Origin: an uncultured Verrucomicrobiae bacterium
GTDB taxonomy: Bacteria > Verrucomicrobiota > Verrucomicrobiia > Limisphaerales > Palsa-1400
Direction of reading: 5' to 3'
NCBI GenBank assembly: GCA_963702845.1
Contig: OY969763.1
Coordinates: 1,088,001 to 1,152,000 of the forward strand
DNA length: 64,000 bases
Shown here: positions 43,030 through 51,740 of the stretch, piece after piece
Numbering within the stretch: the first letter of the stretch is position 1
How the letters are laid out: each line of letters starts with the position of its first letter
Translations under genes and position numbers: made by a program
The notes under the pieces: generated by a model
The model's database searches: none
Seen by the model: the letters and a program-made list of their open reading frames with translations, nothing else
What the model was told of the DNA's origin: nothing

Positions 43030-46000
43030 TTATTGTCCATCCCGGCCCCGGCGAATGAGTCGCTCTTGAGACGGACGCTCGATTGGTTTCTCGGGTTCTG
43101 CGGCAGTTGTCACAGGTTCGGGAAGAGCGTGTCCGTTGCGTGTTGTTAATTTTCCATCGGAGGCGATGGCATTGTCGACTTCGTAGATATCTCCACTGCG
43201 TTCGCCGACGCGGTTGGTCGTGTAGACGTCTGAATAGTGCCGGTAAAAGGCTTGCATCTCATCAACGTGGAATGGCCGCGAACCACGGCGACCAAAAACA
43301 ACTGTTTGATTACCGGTCTCATCAACGACGCGATCACGATCAAGGCCGCGCGAGACGGCGAAGGCAGGTCCTTTGGTCGGGTAGGTTGCGATGAGTTTTG
43401 GATTCGGTTTCGGACTGAAGCCCGCGTGTTCCGCGACGTTTTCGGGGGAGATCAATTGGATCACGCGCAGGCCGTTTTTGCCATCGGCGACAAGCGCGAA
43501 CTCGGAAGCACTGACGGAGCCGACTTGCAAAGCGCGCGTGTCATTCAACGCGCCGTTCGCGCTATACATCATGTGAAGTTTCGGCTGCGTTGGATTCTCG
43601 ACGTCGATGATGGCAAGACCTTCGGGCCCATTTGCGACATAAGCATACGTGCGTGCAGCGTAGACGCGTCCGGCGTGTTTCAGCGGAACAAATGCATTCA
43701 CGAATACCGGCTTTGTCGGTTCCGTGATGTCGACGACCTTCATGCCGTCGTCGTCAGTGATGAACGCGTAACGGAATTGCACGGTGATCGAGCAAGGATT
43801 TTTGAATCGAACAGCTTCTCCATTTCCGGTTCCGCCTTTCGGTATTGGCATGGAAAGCAGTTCGCCCACGATTTTTGGCTTCAACGGATTGCTGACGTCG
43901 ACAACCTCCAACCCGCGCTTGCACACGACGTAAAGATTGTTGCCTGCCATATACGCTTGCATCGCGCCGTTGAGTTTTCCACCAGGATTGAAGCGCACGA
44001 CATTGTTTGCGTCATCGCGCAGGAAGTTATTCATCGGATCACCATCGACAAGCGTTCCAACCAGCACGTTGACCAAACCCTCTTCGCGATCGGTGACATA
44101 AACAAAGCCGTAGATAAGGCTGATGGGCTGTTCTTCATTTTCCGGCAAACGCGTTCGCAACGGATCAATGCCCAACGTGCTCGGCAGCGTAACGCTCGTG
44201 GCGTATTTCGTGTGGATCCAGGTGCGTTGCCCGAGTGGCGATACCGGCGCGGTGACGATGCGTTCGGAGAAGCCTTTGTTGTCGATGTTCGCCACGTCGA
44301 AGACTTCAAAGCCGTCCGGCCCGTTCGCGGTATAGAGATATTCACCGCGCAAAGTTAGATCGAGAATCTCGCGCGCGTGATGGTGGTATGCTTCTTTCAG
44401 CACGGATTTATTCTCGTCGACGTGCTTCTTGTAATTGTCAGGATAGGCGAGTTTTTGCAGATGGCTCCCAATGGCGGCTTGCGGTTCGCTTGGTTCTGTC
44501 CAGACGACCGCGTCCAATCCCTCTTTGCCCTCGCCGACGTAAGCGTAACGTCCAAAAAAGTTGACTGTGCCCGTGCCGAACCCAAGAAGTTGCGCCATCC
44601 ACGCGTTGTTGTCGTTGTTGGAGGAAAGGTGACAATCGGTGCAGGTCTTCGTCGTGCCGACGCCGCTCGTCGTGTGCGCGAAATGCGGGTTGAAGGCTTG
44701 GCCGCTATAGCCTTCGGCCGACACCGTTTGTTGCTGCGAATAGACCCATTCGCGATTCGCATTCTGTGAACCGACAATGACGGCGCTCGACGAACGGATC
44801 ACGGCCAGCCGGTGATCTTTGTAAGTGGCATCTTTGCCGAGCATGAAAACGTCGTCGCGAACAACCTGTGGATTGTAGGACGTGTAATTGCGGGTCGTGA
44901 TGCCTTCGTATTTATTGGCCGCAACGCGTTGGTTCGCGCGCATCGGGAGGTGACAACCGAAACAGCTCGTTGCCCAGGACGTATGACAAACCTCGCAACT
45001 GACATTCGAATTATCATGCGCCAGATTCGTCTTGCGCGAGCAGCCATCGCCGGTCGGAACGTTGCCCCACGTCTTTCCGTCACGACGAATGGTTTTTGCA
45101 TAACGCGACTTGGGATTGTAGTGCGATGAAGCCGGGTCAATCGTGTCGAGAGTTTGCGGCACTTCCCAACGCACATCCGGGCTCATCATCGAGCGTTGAT
45201 AAAGTTTTTTGCCGTTCCAAATAAAACGCGGTCCCCAGGGCGTGGAAGACTTCGCGAGGTCAATCTTTCCGCCGTTGCCAGTGGTGACCAGCGTGGGACG
45301 TTTTTCAACCGTGCCATGGCAATCGATGCACTCGATCGTCGTCGCCGCGCGCGGTTCGCCGTAGAGATTGCCATTCCCATGGACGTCGACGTCGAAATGG
45401 CAGTCGACACATTGCATGCCGTGCGCGAGGTGCGCGTCTTTCAAGTGAACGGCTTTGGAAAATTTGTGGGCATCATCCTGCGGGATGATTTTGTCATCCA
45501 GGTCGAGGAGGTTGCCTTTGCGATCGTGTTTGAATACCGCGCGAAAGATCCAGCCGTGTCCGTGGTAATCGGCAAACTGCGTTTGTTTCAGGTTCGGATT
45601 CAGCTCGGCAGTTTTTTCTAGAAAATCCAAATCACCCCACAAGCCACGCGCGGCCGCTGCTTCGGGATTTTTTCGCAGCGACTCGAACATTTCCTTTTCC
45701 GTCGGGTTTTTCTGCTGCTTCGGATACATGAACTCGCCGTCCGTTTCCTGGTCCCACCAGGTGTAACCGACGTATGGGTTCACGAACAAATTTCCCTGGT
45801 GCATGTGGCAGGTCATGCATTGGCTGGTCGGAATGCTGCGCGTGAATTGGTGTTTGATGGGATGCGCGCGCTCGCGTTTTGAAATCTGTTTATCGGCCGT
45901 GAAGCTCAGACCTTGATTGCCATATTTACTATACCAACCTGATTGCGACGGTGACCGGTCGTTCGCATAAACAACGTGGCACGCCGAACAACCGCTGGAA

Positions 46001-46947
46001 CGATAATCGCCAGGATGATCATTCGAGCCCATGAAGCCGAGCAGGGGATCGTGCAGGCGCGTTTTTTGTAAGTTCAGGAAAACGGGATCGATGCGATTAA
46101 GCGTGCCCAGGCCGCGCTCGGAGAGTCGTCGCGCTGGTTTGCCCGGCTCTTCTTCAGGATTCGGAATGCCCAGCGAGTTTTGCTTTTCACCACCTTTTTC
46201 AAAAATGCGCAAGATATTGCTCGGCTGACCGATCTCAAATTTTGGCAGCGGTTCGATAAACGGAAGTATTCCGCGCAAACGGGTGTCCTCGGTAGTGACA
46301 GGCGTCGGGTTGGTCAGTTTCAACGGCGCGCCATCGAATCCGTAAGACTGGCCGTAGCGGTAGTTTTTAAACGGGACCGCGCCATTATTATATAGCGCCG
46401 CGCCCCAAAGCATCGCGCCATGGTTCATCATGCTGTGGTCGACGCGCCGAATCACATCGTTGTGGCATAGTCCGCACGCTTCGTCGGCAACCCGCAAGTC
46501 GCCGGGATTAACGAAACGAATGAATTCAGTCGACTCGTGATTAAGCAGGACGTTTGACTCATTCGGGTTAGCCGAGCTTTCCCAGAAAATCGGATTGCGC
46601 GGTGGCACGTGCGCTTTGCGTTGGGTGAGTCCAGGCGTCGGATTGCCCCCGTGACAATCGGTGCAACCGAGGACGACATTCGGCGACTGGTGCATGTCTT
46701 CTGCACCGGCGTGACATTCCAAACAGCCGCGACTTTTCTTGAAGGCCTCTTCGCGGGATTGATCCACTAAATTGTGCGCTTTCGCCGCGACGGATTTTTT
46801 GCTTTGGCGCGGAACTGAAATTTCTGGACCATATCCGACGTCACCGAATGAAGAAGATCTAACCGCAAAGAACGCAAAGATCACAAAGAGGGGTAAACAT
46901 TTCTTTGTGTTCTTTGCGTTCTTTGCGGTTAAATAAAATCGCCGCAT
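43030..46947 (-). CDS. Decaheme c-type cytochrome fused to an LVIVD-repeat beta-propeller
   Basis: Ten CxxCH motifs (CLECH, CTDCH, CGLCH, CSACH, CMTCH, CVDCH, CIDCH, CEVCH, CFGCH, CTDCH). The C-terminus has YAYVANGPEGLAIIDV and LEVVDVSNP repeats. Confidence 0.88.
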   Translation of the reverse strand: MRRFYLTAKNAKNTKKCLPLFVIFAFFAVRSSSFGDVGYGPEISVPRQSKKSVAAKAHNLVDQSREEAFKKSRGCLECHAGAEDMHQSPNVVLGCTDCHGGNPTPGLTQRKAHVPPRNPIFWESSANPNESNVLLNHESTEFIRFVNPGDLRVADEACGLCHNDVIRRVDHSMMNHGAMLWGAALYNNGAVPFKNYRYGQSYGFDGAPLKLTNPTPVTTEDTRLRGILPFIEPLPKFEIGQPSNILRIFEKGGEKQNSLGIPNPEEEPGKPARRLSERGLGTLNRIDPVFLNLQKTRLHDPLLGFMGSNDHPGDYRSSGCSACHVVYANDRSPSQSGWYSKYGNQGLSFTADKQISKRERAHPIKHQFTRSIPTSQCMTCHMHQGNLFVNPYVGYTWWDQETDGEFMYPKQQKNPTEKEMFESLRKNPEAAAARGLWGDLDFLEKTAELNPNLKQTQFADYHGHGWIFRAVFKHDRKGNLLDLDDKIIPQDDAHKFSKAVHLKDAHLAHGMQCVDCHFDVDVHGNGNLYGEPRAATTIECIDCHGTVEKRPTLVTTGNGGKIDLAKSSTPWGPRFIWNGKKLYQRSMMSPDVRWEVPQTLDTIDPASSHYNPKSRYAKTIRRDGKTWGNVPTGDGCSRKTNLAHDNSNVSCEVCHTSWATSCFGCHLPMRANQRVAANKYEGITTRNYTSYNPQVVRDDVFMLGKDATYKDHRLAVIRSSSAVIVGSQNANREWVYSQQQTVSAEGYSGQAFNPHFAHTTSGVGTTKTCTDCHLSSNNDNNAWMAQLLGFGTGTVNFFGRYAYVGEGKEGLDAVVWTEPSEPQAAIGSHLQKLAYPDNYKKHVDENKSVLKEAYHHHAREILDLTLRGEYLYTANGPDGFEVFDVANIDNKGFSERIVTAPVSPLGQRTWIHTKYATSVTLPSTLGIDPLRTRLPENEEQPISLIYGFVYVTDREEGLVNVLVGTLVDGDPMNNFLRDDANNVVRFNPGGKLNGAMQAYMAGNNLYVVCKRGLEVVDVSNPLKPKIVGELLSMPIPKGGTGNGEAVRFKNPCSITVQFRYAFITDDDGMKVVDITEPTKPVFVNAFVPLKHAGRVYAARTYAYVANGPEGLAIIDVENPTQPKLHMMYSANGALNDTRALQVGSVSASEFALVADGKNGLRVIQLISPENVAEHAGFSPKPNPKLIATYPTKGPAFAVSRGLDRDRVVDETGNQTVVFGRRGSRPFHVDEMQAFYRHYSDVYTTNRVGERSGDIYEVDNAIASDGKLTTRNGHALPEPVTTAAEPEKPIERPSQERLIRRGRDGQ
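46860..46931. repeat. REP-like palindrome (30-bp arms, 1 mismatch, 12-nt loop) inside the 5' end of the cytochrome CDS
   Basis: TAACCGCAAAGAACGCAAAGATCACAAAGA ... TCTTTGTGTTCTTTGCGTTCTTTGCGGTTA. Confidence 0.85.
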
Positions 46948-46999
46948 GGTTGAGTCGCTGCAGGGTGTCATTGGGCTGCGCGGCTGTCAATGCGTCGCG

Positions 47000-48367
47000 C
47001 TATTTACCGATACAAAATTGGCTGAAGATCGAATCGAGCAAATCTTCAGTGGTCGTTTTGCCCACAATCTCACCAATGGCATTTGTTGCCTCGCGCAATT
47101 CCAACGCGATGACCTCCAGGCCGGAATCGGCGCGCAATCCGGCTACGCTTCGTTCAATTGCTCCGCGCGTGCGCGAAAGTGCCTCCTGATGGCGCGCATT
47201 GATCATCACTTCCAACATTTCGGCTCGAATTTCTCCGCCCCAGACAAGATTTCGAATCGCGTCTTTGAGCGTTTCAATGCCCTTGCCAGTAATGCAGCAA
47301 ACCTCGATGGCGTTGATTCCAGCCGGCACCTGCAGGCGCGCCGGCAAATCAGATTTATTGCGAACAACAATCCGTTTCTTACTCGCGAATTCTTCGAGAT
47401 ATTTCTCGTCCTCCGTCGTGAGCGGTTCTGACGAATCAAGCACGTGCAGAATTAATTCCGCACGCGCCAAACTCTCACGGCTGCGCCGGATTCCCTCAAC
47501 TTCAATGACGTCAGTCGAATCGCGCAACCCGGCCGTATCGATGAACACAACCGGCACACCGCGAATGTTTGCCGTTTCTTCGATCGTGTCACGGGTCGTG
47601 CCCGGAATCGGCGAAACGATGGCGCGATCGCGCCCGAGCAATTGGTTGAGCAAACTCGATTTGCCGACATTGGGGCGCCCAATAATCGCCGCGCGAATCC
47701 CGCGTCGCAGAATCTGTCCTTCGCTCGCGGTGCGCAGCAGTTCGTCGATAAACCGTTCAGCGCCCTCAAGCCTCGAAACCAATTTGTCCTTGGTATCAGG
47801 CGCGATGTCCTCATCCGGAAAATCAATATGCGCTTCGACATGCGCGAGAGTTTTCATCAAGTCATCGCGTAGTTGATTGATGCGCTGCGATAACTTGCCC
47901 GCCAATTGCTCGTTCGCGGCGGCTAACGCCAGTTCAGTTCGCGAATGAATCAAATCCGCTACCGCTTCCGCTTGTGTCAAATCTATGCGGCCGTTGACAA
48001 AGGCTCGTTTCGTAAACTCACCGGGTTCGGCCAATCGCGCGCCATTTTTCAGGAGCGTATCCAAAATCAGTTTCGCCGGCAGCAATCCGCCATGGCACGC
48101 AATTTCCACCACATCTTCTTTTGTGAACGTCCTGGGTGCGCGCATCACGCTGACCAAAACCTCGTCGAGCACCTTGGCTCCATCGACCATGTGTCCAAAA
48201 TGAATCGTGTGCGTCTGCGCTTGCGAGGGTTTCGTCGCGGATTTCCCGGCCGGTCGAAAACATCTATCCGACACCGCCAATGCTGTAGAGCCCGACACGC
48301 GGAGTACCGCAAGCCCACCTTCCCCGAGCGGAGTCGCGATCGCAGCAATCGTGTCATCGATTAACAT
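47000..48367 (-). CDS. mnmE: tRNA modification GTPase MnmE (TrmE)
   Basis: DTIAAIATP, GEFTKRAF, GRPNVGKSS, GTTRD, DTAG, NKSD, C-terminal FCIGK. Confidence 0.98.
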   Translation of the reverse strand: MLIDDTIAAIATPLGEGGLAVLRVSGSTALAVSDRCFRPAGKSATKPSQAQTHTIHFGHMVDGAKVLDEVLVSVMRAPRTFTKEDVVEIACHGGLLPAKLILDTLLKNGARLAEPGEFTKRAFVNGRIDLTQAEAVADLIHSRTELALAAANEQLAGKLSQRINQLRDDLMKTLAHVEAHIDFPDEDIAPDTKDKLVSRLEGAERFIDELLRTASEGQILRRGIRAAIIGRPNVGKSSLLNQLLGRDRAIVSPIPGTTRDTIEETANIRGVPVVFIDTAGLRDSTDVIEVEGIRRSRESLARAELILHVLDSSEPLTTEDEKYLEEFASKKRIVVRNKSDLPARLQVPAGINAIEVCCITGKGIETLKDAIRNLVWGGEIRAEMLEVMINARHQEALSRTRGAIERSVAGLRADSGLEVIALELREATNAIGEIVGKTTTEDLLDSIFSQFCIGK

Positions 48368-48686
48368 CAAGATAGTCTTTACTCGACCAGGCCATTTCAA
48401 CAACTGTGTTTTTCCGTGCCGAAGTAAATGAACAATGTAAAGGACTGACCCCAACGACCCCTAGAAGCTTGCTAAATCCAAAGTTGTCGGAATCTATCTT
48501 TCAGTCACTGTCACATTTCACACGACACACACAATCAGGTTTCCACCGATTGTTTTTTGCTGAACCGCCGGTCATCGTCGCGCGTAGTAATTTGTAACTG
48601 TTTATCCGGGTAATGGATTAGGTCGCTCAGCGAGAAAACATATTCGCAAAGGGAATCTGACTGCCACGCACCGGGAGGAGAATGAT

Positions 48687-51600
48687 ATGCAAAGAGCGTT
48701 TTTTACCGCGGCAGTGTTTGCTGTATTTGTGCCACTGCTGGCATGTGCCGCCCCGACCAATGGCAATACTGCCGTGCTTACGTTTGTTGATGTGGCGCAT
48801 GTCGTCAAGCGCGATGGAAACTTTCGTGTGTGGCAGCGAACGGCGGTAGAAACGAGCCCGAGAGGAAGAACTGTAAGCAAACTCCACTCGGTTACCGAAG
48901 TGGCCACGGGCATTTGTTACAAACATGATGGGCAATGGTTTGACGCTGATCCGCAAGTCGTAGTTGCACAAGACGGTAGCGGTTCGGGTACAAAAGGTGC
49001 CGGGCCATTGCAACTTTCGCCAGACATCAACACGGACGGCAGCGTCCAGTTCACGGCCGCAAATACAAAGCAGCTTCGCGGGCACGTTCTTGGAATTTGC
49101 TACTACGATTGGAAGAACCAACGTGAAGCTCAAATAGCCAGCATCAAGAGTTCAATTGGCTCTGTAGTGGGCAAGAATCAGGTCCTTTACGGCGATGCAT
49201 TCGATTCGGTTAAGGCGGACGTACGTTACACTTACAGGAAATCGGGAATCGGACAGGACATCATTTTGCGCGAACAATTGCCTTCGCCTGCGGACGTGGG
49301 AATGGATTCGTCAACCACACGAGTGGAGGTCTGGACGGAATTTCTCAATCCGCCGCTTGCAACTGCTAATAATGTAAACGATCAAGCATCTGGCCAGGTG
49401 ACGCAGGGCTTTATAGATTTCGGTGGCATGCGCATCGGGCGAGGAGCGGCATTTTCTATTCCCGACGGAAACGTTCAGAAATCGATACTGCCAGTTGACA
49501 AACAATGGCAACAAATAGACGGACGAACCTTTCTCATCGAGAGCGTTAATTATCCTTCGTTGCTCCGGCGGACAGCCGATCTTCCTCAGCGTCCGCAGGC
49601 CGCAATCCAGAAAAGAGCAAAGGCAATTGCGAATGCGGCATCGTTAAAGCGCAGCACGCCGGTTCGAATCGCGTCAAGGGAGAATTCTGGAGCTAAGCTC
49701 CGGATAGCCTCGGCAAATTCAGAAACAAAGGGATTCGTTGTCGATTACGAATTAGTCTCAGGGGAAGTGTCGGACTACACCTTTTTGGGAGATACGACTT
49801 ACTACATTAGCGGTGAATTTGATATTGATGACACTCTGACCATTGAAGGCAATACGGTTGTCAAATATGCATCAGCGGGAACAATCAATATTGGAGGAGC
49901 AACCATCTGTTCCACTGCAAGCTATCGGCCAGCCATTTTTACGTCTCAAGATGACGATTCAGTCGGCGAGCAAATCAGCGGCAGCAGCGGGTCTCCAAGT
50001 CCAATCGGCGCCAATCCCGCATTGTACTTCCAAGGCACAAATAGCATTTTGCATAATGTACATTTCTTTTACCTCAACAATCCTATCCGCCAGATAGGGG
50101 GCGCGCTTTCTCTCGCGAATATCCAATCCGTCCACTGTCTGTTTCCCCTCTGGTTATACGACATGTCCGTATCCCTTAATAATTCACTTATCTTCGATTT
50201 TGCCGAACTTTTGACGGGCGAGGATTCCATCCTGACTGTCCAACTCCTAAACGACACCGTGTGTTCGGGAAGTGTAGCAGTGGATGCAAACGGAGCTGTT
50301 GGTGGTGTCACAAACTGTGTCTTTGCATCCGTCACAAATACAGACTTTCTTAACGGGGCGTACAATGGATTTTACAATTCACCGGCGTTCGGAAGTCAGC
50401 AGTTCACCACCAACTCACCGCCTTTCCAATCGGGCGCTTTCGGTAATTTCTATCTAACTAACGGTTGCACTTTTCGCGATCAAGGGACCACGAATATCGA
50501 CTCGAGTCTGCTAACGTCGTTAAGGCAGAAAACCACTTATCCGCCGGTAGTCCATGTCAGCGAAAGTATCACCAATGTGACGACCTATTCGCCAACTGCT
50601 CAACGCGATATGGCTTTAGGCGATGGTTTGGATCTCGGCTACCACTATGACCCAATTGACCACGTTTTCTCGCAATGCGATGCTTACTCGAATATTACCT
50701 TCAGCGCGGGCACCGTTGCCGCCTGGTATCGTACAACCTCTGGATTCTATCACACCGGTCACGGCATCCACATGGATGACCAGAAAATTGCGACTTTTGC
50801 CGGAACTTATGACCTTCCCTGTTATTGGGTGCGATGCAATACGGTTCAGGAAGGCAGTGCCGGAGAGCCGCTAACAATGGGTTACGGCGGAATAACCGGT
50901 TGGGCCGACCAGACTCTGCAGAACCCGACGCTTTCACCAGAGGTCCATCTCAACTTTACGCGCTGTTCTGCGATGGCCAACGAGATACAAGCTTATTTTT
51001 CTGACGATTGGGGCTATATGAAGGTTCGGGCGAACAATTCCGAATTTTACGATGATGGTATCGGCAACTATGGGGTTAGTTTTGCGCTCACGAACTGTCT
51101 GTTCATTCGAAGCGGCGCAGCACAGCAAGAAGGGTGGAATGGCAATTTTGCATATCTTCGCAATTGTACGTTATACGGTGGTCTCCTTTACCTCACAGCA
51201 ACCGGCATTCAGCCTGATCTACTTGTTGAAGATTGTTCCTTCGACAGCAGTAGTATTACTCAGGGTAGTTATGGGTTCAACGGAACGTTTGATTATAACT
51301 GGTATATCGGCGGCTATCAGCACGTCACGACCAATACCGATTTAACGCCGAGTGGTATCCACGACACCAACTTATTGAGTTTCGATTGGCAATCAGGTCT
51401 GGCGGGCAATTTCTATTTACCAACCAGCAGTCTACTCATCAATGCTGGCAGCCGCTCGGCACCCGATGCAGGGCTGTTTCATTACACGACCACAACGAAC
51501 CAGGTCATAGAAACCAACACGGTCGTCGATATCGGCTATCACTACATCGCCCTTAATACCAACGGGAATCCTGACGACGCAGATGGCGACGGCGTTCCAG

Positions 51601-51725
51601 ATTACCTCGAAGACGCTAACGGGAACGGCACTGTGGATTCCGGTGAAACGGATTGGCAGAGTGCCTCCGACCTTGGATTGAAGGTGCAGATTACCCGGCC
51701 TCAGAACAACTCAAACCTGCCGTGA
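48687..51725 (+). CDS. Large secreted beta-helix-like protein with a C-terminal Ca-binding DxDxDG motif
   Basis: Signal peptide, internally repeated DLGYHY/DIGYHY modules and DADGDGVPDYLEDANGNG. It ends 15 bp before the Rhs gene. Confidence 0.7.
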   Translation: MQRAFFTAAVFAVFVPLLACAAPTNGNTAVLTFVDVAHVVKRDGNFRVWQRTAVETSPRGRTVSKLHSVTEVATGICYKHDGQWFDADPQVVVAQDGSGSGTKGAGPLQLSPDINTDGSVQFTAANTKQLRGHVLGICYYDWKNQREAQIASIKSSIGSVVGKNQVLYGDAFDSVKADVRYTYRKSGIGQDIILREQLPSPADVGMDSSTTRVEVWTEFLNPPLATANNVNDQASGQVTQGFIDFGGMRIGRGAAFSIPDGNVQKSILPVDKQWQQIDGRTFLIESVNYPSLLRRTADLPQRPQAAIQKRAKAIANAASLKRSTPVRIASRENSGAKLRIASANSETKGFVVDYELVSGEVSDYTFLGDTTYYISGEFDIDDTLTIEGNTVVKYASAGTINIGGATICSTASYRPAIFTSQDDDSVGEQISGSSGSPSPIGANPALYFQGTNSILHNVHFFYLNNPIRQIGGALSLANIQSVHCLFPLWLYDMSVSLNNSLIFDFAELLTGEDSILTVQLLNDTVCSGSVAVDANGAVGGVTNCVFASVTNTDFLNGAYNGFYNSPAFGSQQFTTNSPPFQSGAFGNFYLTNGCTFRDQGTTNIDSSLLTSLRQKTTYPPVVHVSESITNVTTYSPTAQRDMALGDGLDLGYHYDPIDHVFSQCDAYSNITFSAGTVAAWYRTTSGFYHTGHGIHMDDQKIATFAGTYDLPCYWVRCNTVQEGSAGEPLTMGYGGITGWADQTLQNPTLSPEVHLNFTRCSAMANEIQAYFSDDWGYMKVRANNSEFYDDGIGNYGVSFALTNCLFIRSGAAQQEGWNGNFAYLRNCTLYGGLLYLTATGIQPDLLVEDCSFDSSSITQGSYGFNGTFDYNWYIGGYQHVTTNTDLTPSGIHDTNLLSFDWQSGLAGNFYLPTSSLLINAGSRSAPDAGLFHYTTTTNQVIETNTVVDIGYHYIALNTNGNPDDADGDGVPDYLEDANGNGTVDSGETDWQSASDLGLKVQITRPQNNSNLP

Positions 51726-51740
51726 TCCAGAGATTTTCGT

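Noticed and set aside
43237..44358. Long antisense ORFs (for example 43237..44358, 7544..8539, 37569..38474, 5676..6350)
   Set aside because: They are shadows of well-supported genes on the opposite strand in GC-rich DNA and have no recognisable motifs.
40985..48690. Replication origin suggested by recF and mnmE
   Set aside because: There is no dnaA, dnaN, gyrB, rpmH, rnpA or yidC, and I saw no TTATCCACA box cluster.
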